DNA of 64,000 nt from assembly GCF_009914755.1 (NCBI RefSeq), contig NC_060925.1, one strand, 5' to 3'. Position numbers and translations under genes: made by a program. Numbering within the stretch: the stretch's first letter is position 1; every line of letters begins with the position of its first letter. The notes below the pieces were generated by a model that was not told the origin of the DNA, made no database searches, and saw only the letters and a list, made by a program, of their open reading frames with translations. Source of the stretch: the human T2T-CHM13v2.0 reference genome, Homo sapiens. This document shows, piece after piece, positions 45,901 through 60,000 of this stretch.

Positions 45901-48900
45901 AATGAATCGAATGGAAACACCATCGAATTGAAACGAATGGAATTACCATGAAATTGAAATGGATGGACTCATCATCGAATGGATTCGAATGGAATCATCG
46001 AATAAAATTGATTGAAATCATCATCGAATGGTATCGAATGGTATCATTGAATGGAATCGAATGGAATCATCCTCAGATGGAAATGAATGGAATTGTCATA
46101 GAATGGAATCGAATGGATTCATTGAATGGAATCAGATGGAATCATCGAATGGACTGGAATGGAATCATTGAATGGACTCGAAAGGGATCATTATTGAATG
46201 GAATTGAATGGAATCATCGAATGGTCTCGATTGGAATCATTATCAAATGGAATCGAATGGAATCACCGAATAGAATCGAATGGAACAATCATCGAATGGA
46301 CTCAAATGGAATTATCCTCAAATGGAATCGAATGGAATTATCGAATGCAATCGAATGGAATTATCGAATGCAATCGAATAGAATCATCGAATGGACTCGA
46401 ATGGAATCATCGAATGGAATGGAATGGAACAGTCAATGAACTCGAATGGAATCATCATTGAATGGAATCGAATGGAATCATCGAGTGGAATCGAATGGAA
46501 TTATGATCAAATGGAATCGAATGTAATCATCATCAAATGGAATCAAAAATAACCATCATCAATTGGTATTGAATGGAATTCTCATCAAATGGAATTCAAA
46601 GGAATCATCATCAAATGGAACTGAATGGAATCCTCATTGAATGGAAATGAAAGGGGTCATCATCTAATGGAATCGCATGGAATCATCATCAAATGGAATC
46701 GAATGGAATCACCATCAAATGGAATCTGATGGAATCATTGAACAGAATTGAACGGAATCGTCATCGAATGAATTGAATGCAATCATCTCATGGTCTCGAA
46801 TGTAATCACATTCTAATGGAAAGGAATGGAATCATCGCATAGAATCGAATGGAATTAACATTGAATGGACTCGAATGGAATCAACATCAAACGGAATCAA
46901 GCGGAATTATCGAATGGAATCGAAGAGAATCATCGAATGGACTCGAATGGAATCATCTATTGGAATGGAATGGAATAATCCACGGACCCGAATGCAATCA
47001 TCATAGTATAGAATCGAATGGAATCATCGAATGGACTCGAATGGAATAATCATTGAACGGAATCGAATGGAATCATCATCGGATGGAAACGAATGGAATC
47101 ATCATCGAATGGAAATGAAAGGAGTCATCATCTAATGGAATTGCATGGAATCATCATAAAATGGAATCGAATGGAATCAACATCAAATGGAATCAAATGG
47201 AATCATTGAACGGAATTGAATGGAATCGTCATCGAATGAATTGAATGCAATCATCGAATGGTCTCGAATGGAATCATCTTCAAATGGATTGGAATGGAAT
47301 CATCGCATAGAATCGAATGGAATTATCATCGAATGGAATCGAATGGTATCAACATCAAACGGAAAAAAACGGAATTATCGAATGGAATCGAAGAGAATCT
47401 TCGAACGTACCCGAATGGAATCATCTAATGGAGTGGAATGGAATAATCCATGGACTCGAATGCAATCATCATCGAATGGAATCGAATGGAATCATCGAAT
47501 GGACTCGAATGGAATAATCATTGATCGGAATCGAATGGAATCATCATCGGATGGAAATAAATGGAATGATCATCGAATGGAATCGAATATAATTATGGAA
47601 TGAAATCCAGTGTGATCATCATCGAATGGACCCGAATGGAATCATCATCCAACGGAAGCTAATGGAATCAACATCGAATGAATCGAATGGAAACACCATC
47701 GAATTGAAACGAATGGAATTATCATGAAATTGAAATGGATGGACTCATCATCGAATGGATTCGAATGGAATCATCGAATAAAATTGATTGAAATCATCAT
47801 CAAATGGAATCGAATGGTGTCATTGAATGGGATCGAATGGAATCATCGTCAGATGGAAATGAATGGAATCGTCATAGAATGGAATCGAATGGATTCATTG
47901 AATGGAATCAGATGGAATCATCGAATGGACTGGAATGGAATCATTGAATGGACTCGAATGGAATCATTATTGAATGGAATTGAATGGAATCATCGAATGG
48001 TCTCGATTGGAATCATTATCAAATGGAATCGAATGGAATCACCGAATAGAATCGAATGGAACAATCATCGAATGGACTCAAATGGAATTATCCTCAAATG
48101 GAATGGAATGGAATTATCGAATGCAATCGAATGGAATTATCGAATGCAATCGAATAGAATCATGGAATGGACTCGAATGGAATCATCGAATGGAATGGAA
48201 TGGAACAGTCAATGAACTCGAATGGAATCATCATTGAATGGAATCGAATGGAATCATCGAGTGGAATCAAATGGAATTATGATCAAATGGAATCGAATGT
48301 AATCCTCATCAAATGGAATCAAAAATAACCATCATCAATTGGTATTGAATGGAATTGTCATCAAATGGAATTCAAAGGAATCATCATCAAATGGAACCGA
48401 ATGGAATCCTCATTGAATGGAAATGAAAGTGGTCATCATCTAATGGAATCGCATGGAATCATCATCAAATGGAATCGAATGGAATCATCATCAAATGGAA
48501 TCTAATGGAATCATTGAACAGAATTGAATGGAATCGTCATCGAATGAATTGAATGCAATCATCGAATGGTCTCGAATGGAATCATCTTCAAATGGAAAGG
48601 AATGGAATCATCGCATAGAATCGAATGGAATTATCATCGAATGGAATCCAATGGTATCAACATCAAACGGAAAAAAACGGAATTATGGAATGGAATCGAA
48701 GAGAATCTTCGAACGGACCCGAATGGAATCATCTAATGGAATGGAATGGAATAATCCATGGACTCGAATGCAATCATCATCGAATGGAATCGAATGGAAT
48801 CATCGAATGGACTCGTATGGAATAATCATTGAATGGAATCGAATGGAATCATCTTCGGATGGAAACGAATGGAATCATCATCGAATGGAAATCAAAGGAG

Positions 48901-49499
48901 TCATCATCTAATGGAATTGCATGGAATCATCATAAAATGGAATCGAATGGAATCAACATCAAATGGAATCAAATGGAATCATTGAACGGAATTGAATGGA
49001 ATCGTCATCGAATGAATTCAATGCAATCATCGAATGGTCTCGAATGGAATCATCTTCAAATGGAATGGAATGGAATCATCGCATAGAATCGAATGGAATT
49101 ATCATCGAATGGAATCGAATGGAATCAACATCCAACGGAAAAAAACGGAATTATCGAATGGAATCGAAGAGAATCATCGAATGGACCTGAATGGAATCAT
49201 GTAATGGAATGGAATGGAATAATCCATGGACTCGAATGCAATCATCATCGAATGGAATCGAATGGAATCATCGAATGGACTCGAATGGAATAATCATTGA
49301 ACGGAATCGAATGGAATCATCATCGGATGGAAATGAATGGAATCATCATCGAATGGAATCGAATAGAATTATGGAATGAAATCCAGTGTGATCATCATCG
49401 AATGGACCCGAATGGAATCATCATCCAACGGAAGCTAATGGAATCAACATCGAATGAATCAAATGGAAACACCATCGAATTGAAACGAATGGAATTATC

Positions 49500-51743
49500 A
49501 TGAAATTGAAATGGATGGACTCATCATCGAATGGATTCGAATGGAATCATCGAATAAAATTGATTGAAATCATCATCGAATGGAATCGAATGGTATCATT
49601 GAATGGAATCGAATGGAATCATCATCAGATGGAAATGAATGGAATCGTCATAGAATGGAATCGAATGGATTCATTGAATGGAATCAGATGGAATCATCGA
49701 ATGGACTGGAATGGAATCATTGAATGGATTCGAAAGGGATCATGATTGAATGGAATTGAATGGAATCATCGAATGGTCTCGATTGGAATCATTATCAAAT
49801 GGAATCGAATGGAATCACCGAATAGAATCGAATGGAACAATCATCGAATGGACTCAAATGGAATTATCCTCAAATGGAATCGAATGGAATTATCGAATGC
49901 AATCGAATGGAATTATCGAATGCAATCGAATAGAATCATCGAATGGACTCGAATGGAATCATCGAATGGAATGGAATGGAACAGTCAATGAACTAGAATG
50001 GAATCATCATTGAATGGAATCGAATGGAATCATCGAGTGGAATCGAATGGAATTATGATCAAATGGAATCGAATGTAATCATCATCAAATGGAATCAAAA
50101 ATAACCATCATCAATTGGTATTGAATGGAATTGTCATCAAATGGAATTCAAAGGAATCATCATCAAATGGAACCGAATGGAATCCTCATTGAATGGAAAT
50201 GAAAGGGGTCATCATCTAATGGAATCGCATGGAATCATCATAAAATGGAATCGAATGGAATCAACATCAAATGGAATCAAATGGAATCATTGAACGGAAT
50301 TGAATGGAATCGTCATCGAATGAATTGGATGCAATCATCGAATGGTCTCGAATGGAATCTTCTTCAAACGGAATGGAATGGAATCATCGCATAGAATCGA
50401 ATGGAATTATCATCGAATGGAATCGAATGGAATCAACATCAAACGGAAAAAAACGGAATTATCGAATGGAACCGAAGAGAATCATCGAATGGACCCGAAT
50501 GGAATCATCTAATAGAATGGAATGGAATAATCCATGGACTCGAATGCAATCATCATCGAATGGAATCGAATGGAATCATCGAATGGACTCGAATGGAATA
50601 ATCATTGAACGGAATCGATTGGAATCATCATCGGATGGAAACGAATGGAATCATCATCGAATGGAAATGAAAGGAGTCATCATCTAATGGAATTGCATGG
50701 AATCATCATAAAATGGAATCGAATGGAATCAACATCAAATGGAATCAAATGGAATCATTGAACGGAATTGAATGGAATCGTCATCGAATGAATTGACTGC
50801 AATCATCCAATGGTCTCGAATGGAATCATCTTCAAATGGAATGGAATGGAATCATCGCATAGAAGCGAATGGAATTATCATCGAATGGAATCGAATGGTA
50901 TCAACACCAAACGGAAAAAAACGGAATTATCGAATGGAATCGAAGAGAATCTTCGAACGGACCCGAATGGAATCATCTAATGGAATGGAATGGAATAATC
51001 CATGGACTCGAATGCAATCATCATCGAATGGAATCGAATGGAATCATCGAATGGACTCGAATGGAATAATCATTGAACGGAATCGATTGGAATCATCATC
51101 GGATGGAAACGAATGGAATCATCATCGAATGGAAATGAAAGGAGTCATCATCTAATGGAATTGCATGGAATCATCATAAAATGGAATCGAATGGAATCAA
51201 CATCAAATGGAATCAAATGGAATCATTGAACGGAATTGAATGGAATCGTCATCGAATGAATTGACTGCAATCATCCAATGGTCTCGAATGGAATCATCTT
51301 CAAATGGAATGGAATGGAATCATCGCATAGAATCGAATGGAATTATCATCGAATGGAATCGAATGGAATCAACATCCAACGGAAAAAAACGGAATTATCG
51401 AATGGAATCGAAGAGAATCATCGAATGGACCCGAATGGAATCATGTAATGGAATGGAATGGAATAATCCATGGACTCGAATGCAATCATCATCGAATGGA
51501 ATCGAATGGAATCATCGAATGGACTCGAATGGAATAATCATTGAACGGAATCGAATGGAATCATCATCGGATGGAAATGAATGGAATCATCATCGAATGG
51601 AATCGAATAGAATTATGGAATGAAATCCAGTGTGATCATCATCGAATGGACCCGAATGGAATCATCATCCAACGGAAGCTAATGGAATCAACATCGAATG
51701 AATCAAATGGAAACACCATCGAATTGAAACGAATGGAATTATC
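49500..51743 (+). repeat. 2244-bp variant unit with three 468-bp modules
   Basis: Module-equivalent positions at 50304, 50772 and 51240, each 468 apart. 2244 = 1776 + 468. Confidence 0.93.
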
Positions 51744-53519
51744 ATGAAATTGAAATGGATGGACTCATCATCGAATGGATTCGAATGGAATCATCGAATA
51801 AAATTGATTGAAATCATCATCGAATGGAATCGAATGGTATCATTGAATGGAATCGAATGGAATCATCATGAGATGGAAATGAATGGAATCGTCATAGAAT
51901 GGAATCGAATGGATTCATTGAATGGAATCAGATGGAATCATCGAATGGACTGGAATGGAATCATTGAATGGACTCGAAAGGGATCATGATTGAATGGAAT
52001 TGAATGGAATCATCGAATGGTCTCGATTGGAATCATTATCAAATGGAATCGAATGGAATCACCGAATAGAATCGAATGGAACAATCATCAAATGGACTCA
52101 AATGGAATTATCCTCAAATGGAATCGAATGGAATTATCGAATGCAATCGAATGGAATTATCGAATGCAATCGAATAGAATCATCGAATGGACTCGAATGG
52201 AATCATCGAATGGAATGGAATGGAACAGTCAATGAACTCGAATGGAATCATCATTGAATGGAATCGAATGGAATCATCGAGTGGAATCGAATGGAATTAT
52301 GATCAAATGGAATCGAATGTAATCATCATCAAATGGAATCAAAAATAACCATCATCAATTGGTATTGAATGGAATTGTCATCAAATGGAATTCAAAGGAA
52401 TCATCATCAAATGGAACCGAATGGAATCCTCATTGAATGGAAATGAAAGGGGTCATCATCTAATGGAATCGCATGGAATCATCATAAAATGGAATCGAAT
52501 GGAATCAACATCAAATGGAATCAAATGGAATCATTGAACGGAATTGAATGGAATCGTCATCGAATGAATTGGATGCAATCATCGAATGGTCTCGAATGGA
52601 ATCTTCTTCAAATGGAATGGAATGGAATCATCGCATAGAATCGAATGGAATTATCATCGAATGGAATCGAATGGAATCAACATCAAACGGAAAAAAACGG
52701 AATTATCGAATGGAACCGAAGAGAATCATCGAATGGACCCGAATGGAATCATCTAATAGAATGGAATGGAATAATCCATGGACTCGAATGCAATCATCAT
52801 CGAATGGAATCGAATGGAATCATCGAATGGACTCGAATGGAATAATCATTGAACGGAATCGATTGGAATCATCATCGGATGGAAACGAATGGAATCATCA
52901 TCGAATGGAAATGAAAGGAGTCATCATCTAATGGAATTGCATGGAATCATCATAAAATGGAATCGAATGGAATCAACATCAAATGGAATCAAATGGAATC
53001 ATTGAACGGAATTGAATGGAATCGTCATCGAATGAATTGACTGCAATCATCCAATGGTCTCGAATGGAATCATCTTCAAATGGAATGGAATGGAATCATC
53101 GCATAGAAGCGAATGGAATTATCATCGAATGGAATCGAATGGAATCAACATCCAACGGAAAAAAACGGAATTATCGAATGGAATCGAAGAGAATCATCGA
53201 ATGGACCCGAATGGAATCATCTAATGGAATGGAATGGAATAATCCATGGACTCGAATGCAATCATCATCGAATGGAATCGAATGGAATCATCGAATGGAC
53301 TCGAATGGAATAATCATTGAACGGAATCGAATGGAATCATCATCGGATGGAAATGAATGGAATCATCATCGAATGGAATCGAATAGAATTATGGAATGAA
53401 ATCCAGTGTGATCATCATCGAATGGACCCGAATGGAATCATCATCCAACGGAAGCTAATGGAATCAACATCGAATGAATCAAATGGAAACACCATCGAAT
53501 TGAAACGAATGGAATTATC

Positions 53520-56500
53520 ATGAAATTGAAATGGATGGACTCATCATCGAATGGATTCGAAAGGAATCATCGAATAAAATTGATTGAAATCATCATCGAA
53601 TGGAATCGAATGGTATCATTGAATGGAATCGAATGGAATCATCATCAGATGGAAATGAATGGAATCGTCATAGAATGGAATCGAATGGATTCATTGAATG
53701 GAATCAGATGGAATCATCGAATGGACTGGAATGGAATCATTGAATGGACTCGAAAGGGATCATGATTGAATGGAATTGAATGGAATCATCGAATGGTCTC
53801 GATTGGAATCATTATCAAATGGAATCGAATGGAATCACCGAATAGAATCGAATGGAACAATCATCGAATGGACTCAAATGGAATTATCCTCCAATGGAAT
53901 CGAATGGAATTATCGAATGCAATCGAATGGAATTATCGAATGCAATCGAATAGAATCATCGAATGGACTCGAATGGAATCATCGAATGGAATGGAATGGA
54001 ACAGTCAATGAACTCGAATGGAATCATCATTGAATGGAATCGAATGGAATCATCGAGTGGAATCGAATGGAATTATGATCAAATGGAATCGAATGTAATC
54101 ATCATCAAATGGAATCAAAAATAACCATCATCAATTGGTATTGAATGGAATTGTCATCAAATGGAATTCAAAGGAATCAATATCAAATGGAACCGAATGG
54201 AATCCTCATTGAATGGAAATGAAAGGGGTCATCATCTAATGGAATCGCATGGAATCATCATCAAATGGAATCGAATGGAATCATCATCAAATGGAATCTA
54301 ATGGAATCATTGAACAGAATTGAATGGAATCGTCATCGAATGAATTGAATGCAATCATCGAATGGTCTCGAATGGAATCATCTTCTAATGGAAAGGAATG
54401 GAATCATCGCATAGAATCGAATGGAATTATCATCGAATGGAATCGAATGGTATCAACACCAAACGGAAAAAAACGGAATTATCGAATGGAATCGAAGAGA
54501 ATCTTCGAACGGACCCGAATGGAATCATCTAATGGAATGGAATGGAATAATCCATGGACTCGAATGCAATCATCATCGAATGGAATCGAATGGAACCATC
54601 GAATGGACTCGAATGGAATAATCATTGAACGGAATCGAATGGAATCATCATCGGATGGAAACGAATGGAATCATCATCGAATGGAAATGAAAGGAGTCAT
54701 CATCTAATGGAATTGCATGGAATCATCATAAAATGGAATCGAATGGAATCAACATCAAATGGAATCAAATGGAATCATTGAACGGAATTGAATGGAATCG
54801 TCATCGAATGAATTGACTGCAATCATCCAATGGTCTCGAATGGAATCATCTTCAAATGGAATGGAATGGAATCATCGCATAGAATCGAATGGAATTATCA
54901 TCGAATGGAATCGAATGGAATCAACATCAAACGGAAAAAAACGGAATTATCGAATGGAATCGAAGAGAATCATCGAATGGACCCGAATGGAATCATCTAA
55001 TGGAATGGAATGGAATAATCCATGGACTCGAATGCAATCATCATCGAATGGAATCGAATGGAATCATCGAATGGACTCGAATGGAATAATCATTGAACGG
55101 AATCGAATGGAATCATCATCGGATGGAAATGAATGGAATCATCATCGAATGGAATCGAATAGAATTATGGAATGAAATCCAGTGTGATCATCATCGAATG
55201 GACCCGAATGGAATCATCATCCAACGGAAGCTAATGGAATCAACATCGAATGAATCGAATGGAAACACCATCGAATTGAAACGAATGGAATTATCATGAA
55301 ATTGAAATAGATGGACTCATCATCGAATGGATTCGAATGGAATCATCGAATAAAATTGATTGAAATCATCATCGAATGGAATCGAATGGTATCATTGAAT
55401 GGAATCGAATGGAATCATCATCAGATGGAAATGAATGGAATCGTCATAGAATGGAATCGAATGGATTCATTGAATGGAATCAGATGGAATCATCGAATGG
55501 ACTGGAATGGAATCATTGAATGGACTCCAAAGGGATCATGATTGAATGGAATTGAATGGAATCATCGAATGGTCTCGATTGGAATCATTATCAAATGGAA
55601 TCGAATGGAATCACCGAATAGAATCGAATGGAACAATCATCGAATGGACTCAAATGGAATTATCCTCAAATGGAATCGAATGGAATTATCGAATGCAATC
55701 GAATGGAATTTTCGAATGCAATCGAATAGAATCATCGAATGGACTCGAATGGAATCATCGAATGGAATGGAATGGAACAGTCAATGAACACGAATGGAAT
55801 CATCATTGAATGGAATCGAATGGAATCATCGAGTGGAATCGAATTGAATTATGATCAAATGGAATCGAATGTAATCATCATCAAATGGAATCAAAAATAA
55901 CCATCATCAATTGCTATTGAATGGAATTGTCATCAAATGGAATTCAAAGGAATCATCATCAAATGGAACCGAATGGAATCCTCATTGAATGGAAATTAAA
56001 GGGGTCATCATCTAATGGAATCGCATGGAATCATCATCAAATGGAATCAAATGGAATCATCATCAAATGGAATCTAATGGAATCATTGAACAGAATTGAA
56101 TGGAATCGTCATCAAATGAATTGAATGCAATCATCGAATGGTCTCGAATGGAATCATCTTCTAATGGAAAGGAATGGAATCATCGCATAGAATCGAATGG
56201 AATTATCATCGAATGGAATCGAATGGTATCAACACCAAACGGAAAAAAACGGAATTATCGAATGGAATCGAAGAGAATCTTCGAACGGACCCGAATGGAA
56301 TCATCTAATGGAATGGAATGGAATAATCCATGGACTCGAATGCAATCATCATCGAATGGAATCGAATGGAATCATCGAATGGACTCGAATGGAATAATCA
56401 TTGAACGGAATCGAATGGAATCATCATCGGATGGAAACGAATGGAATCATCATCGAATGGAAATGAAAGGAGTCATCATCTAATGCAATTGCATGGAATC

Positions 56501-57071
56501 ATCATCAAATGGAATCGAATGGAATCAACATCAAATGGAATCTAATGGAATCATTGAACAGAATTGAATGGAATCGTCATCGAATGAATTGACTGCAATC
56601 ATCGAATGGTCTCGAATGGAATCATCTTCAAATGGAATGGAATGGAATCATCGCATAGAATCGAATGGAATTATCATCGAATGGAATCGAATGGAATCAA
56701 CATCAAACGGAAAAAAACAGAATTATCGAATGGAATCGAAGAGAATCATCGCATGGACCCGAATGGAATCATCTAATGGAATGGAATGGAATAATCCATG
56801 GACTCGAATGCAATCATCATCGAATGGAATCGAATGGAATCATCGAGTGGACTCGAATGGAATAATCATTGAACGGAATCGAATGGAATCATCATCGGAT
56901 GGAAATGAATGGAATCATCATCGAATGGAATCGAATAGAATTATGGAATGAAATCCAGTGTGATCATCATCGAATGGACCCGAATGGAATCATCATCCAA
57001 CGGAAGCTAATGGAATCAACATCGAATGAATCAAATGGAAACACCATCGAATTGAAACGAATGGAATTATC
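53520..57071 (+). repeat. Two canonical 1776-bp units (example); consistent with the chr1q12 1.77-kb HSat2 repeat (D1Z1/pUC1.77-type, HSat2A2)
   Basis: Anchor at 53520, 55296 and 57072, spaced 1776. Exactly 1776 in 14 of 34 intervals in the window. One conserved EcoRI site per unit (GGAATTCAAAGG, e.g. 1559-1564). The period is seen directly; the chr1 assignment relies on prior knowledge of the 1.77-kb EcoRI repeat. Confidence 0.85.
54211..55146 (+). repeat. Internal tandem duplication of a 468-bp module (copies A and B) within the 1776-bp unit (example)
   Basis: GAATGGAAATGAAAGGGGTC at 54211 and GAATGGAAATGAAAGGAGTC at 54679, 468 apart. Paired pseudo-ORFs start at 54324 and 54792. Diagnostic A/B differences: TTCTAATGGAAAGG vs TTCAAATGGAATGG, GGTATCAACACC vs GGAATCAACATC, ATCTTCGAACGG vs ATCATCGAATGG, GGAAACGAAT vs GGAAATGAAT. 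Confidence 0.95.
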
Positions 57072-60000
57072 ATGAAATTGAAATGGATGGACTCATCATC
57101 GAATGGATTCGAATGGAATCATCGAATAAAATTGATTGAAATCATCATCGAATGGAATCGAATGGTATCATTGAATGGAATCGAATGGAATCATCATCAG
57201 ATGGAAATGAATGGAATCGTCATAGAATGGAATCGAATGGATTCATTGAATGGAATCAGATGGAATCATCGAATGGACTGGAATGGAATCATTGAATGGA
57301 CTCGAAAGGGATCATGATTGAATGGAATTGAATGGAATCATCGAATGGTCTCGATTGGAATCATTATCAAATGGAATCGAATGGAATCACCGAATAGAAT
57401 CGAATGGAACAATCATCGAATGGACTCAAATGGAATTATCCTCCAATGGAATCGAATGGAATTATCGAATGCAATCGAATGGAATTATCGAATGCAATCG
57501 AATAGAATCATCGAATGGACTCGAATGGAATCATCGAATGGAATGGAATGGAACAGTCAATGAACTCGAATGGAATCATCATTGAATGGAATCGAATGGA
57601 ATCATCGAGTGGAATCGAATGGAATTATGATCAAATGGAATCGAATGTAATCATCATCAAATGGAATCAAAAATAACCATCATCAATTGGTATTGAATGG
57701 AATTGTCATCAAATGGAATTCAAAGGAATCATCATCAAATGGAACCGAATGGAATCCTCATTGAATGGAAATGAAAGGGGTCATCATCTAATGGAATCGC
57801 ATGGAATCATCATCAAATGGAATCGAATGGAATCATCATCAAATGGAATCTAATGGAATCATTGAACAGAATTGAATGGAATCGTCATCGAATGAATTGA
57901 ATGCAATCATCGAATGGTCTCGAATGGAATCATCTTCTAATGGAAAGGAATGGAATCATCGCATAGAATCGAATGGAATTATCATCGAATGGAATCGAAT
58001 GGTATCAACACCAAACGGAAAAAAACGGAATTATCGAATGGAATCGAAGAGAATCTTCGAACGGACCCGAATGGAATCATCTAATGGAATGGAATGGAAT
58101 AATCCATGGACTCGAATGCAATCATCATCGAATGGAATCGAATGGAATCATCGAATGGACTCGAATGGAATAATCATTGAACGGAATCGAATGGAATCAT
58201 CATCGGATGGAAACGAATGGAATCATCATCGAATGGAAATGAAAGGAGTCATCATCTAATGGAATTGCATGGAATCATCATAAAATGGAATCGAATGGAA
58301 TCAACATCAAATGGAATCAAACGGAATCATTGAACGGAATTGAATGGAATCGTCATCGAATGAATTGACTGCAATCATCGAATGGTCTCGAATGGAATCA
58401 TCTTCAAATGGAATGGAATGGAATCATCGCATAGAATCGAATGGAATTATCACCGAATGGAATCGAATGGAATCAACATCAAACGGAAAAAAACGGAATT
58501 ATCGAATGGAATCGAAGAGAATCATCGAATGGACCCGAATGGAATCATCTAATGGAATGGAATGGAATAATCCATGGACTCGAATGCAATCATCATCGAA
58601 TGGAATCGAATGGAATCATCGAATGAACTCGAATGGAATCATCATTGAATGGAATCGAATGGAATCATCGAGTGGAATCGAATGGAATTATGATCAAATG
58701 GAATCGAATGTAATCATCATCAAATGGAATCAAAAATAACCATCATCAATTGGTATTGAATGGAATTGTCATCAAATGGAATTCAAAGGAATCATCATCA
58801 AATGGAACCGAATGGAATCCTCATTGAATGGAAATGAAAGGGGTCATCATCTAATGGAATCGCATGGAATCATCATCAAATGGAATCGAATGGAATCATC
58901 ATCAAATGGAATCTAATGGAATCATTGAACAGAATTGAATGGAATCGTCATCGAATGAATTGAATGCAATCATCGAATGGTCTCGAATGGAATCATCTTC
59001 TAATGGAAAGGAATGGAATCATCGCATAGAATCGAATGGAATTATCATCGAATGGAATCGAATGGTATCAACACCAAACGGAAAAAAACGGAATTATCGA
59101 ATGGAATCGAAGAGAATCTTCGAACGGACCCGAATGGAATCATCTAATGGAATGGAATGGAATAATCCATGGACTCGAATGCAATCATCATCGAATGGAA
59201 TCGAATGGAATCATCGAATGGACTCGAATGGAATAATCATTGAACGGAATCGAATGGAATCATCATCGGATGGAAACGAATGGAATCATCATCGAATGGA
59301 AATGAAGGGAATCATCATCTAATGGAATTGCATGGAATCATCATAAAATGGAATCGAATGGAATCAACATCAAATCGAATCAAACGGAATCATTGAACGG
59401 AATTGAATGGAATCGTCATCGAATGAATTGACTGCAATCATCGAATGGTCTCGAATGGAATCATCTTCAAATGGAATGGAATGGAATCATCGCATAGAAT
59501 CGAATGGAATTATCACCGAAAGCAATCGAATGGAATCAACATCCAACGGAAAAAAACGGAATTATCGAATGGAATCGAAGAGAATCATCGAATGGACCCG
59601 AATGGAATCATCTAATGGAATGGAATGGAATAATCCATGGACTCGAATGCAATCATCATCGAATGGAATCGAATGGAATCATCGAATGGACTTGAATGGA
59701 ATAATCATTGAACGGAATAGAATGGAATCATCATCGGATGGAAATGAATGGAATCATCATCGAATGGAATCGAATAGAATTATGGAATGAAATCCAGTGT
59801 GATGATCATCATCGAATGGACCCGAATGGAATCATCATCCAACGGAAGCTAATGGAATCAACATCGAATGAATCAAATGGAAACACCATCGAATTGAAAC
59901 GAATGGAATTATCATGAAATTGAAATGGATGGACTCATCATCGAATGGATTCGAAAGGAATCATCGAATAAAATTGATTGAAATCATCATCGAATGGAAT

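Larger units (their letters stand above)
53410..57606 (+). repeat. At least 4.2-kb block duplicated at about 59804-64000 (offset 6394), running off the window end
   Basis: Shared rare variants: TCAATATCAA 54177/60571, AACACGAATG 55787/62181, TTGCTATTG 55911/62305, TAATGCAATT 56481/62875, GCATGGACCC 56751/63145. Confidence 0.9.
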
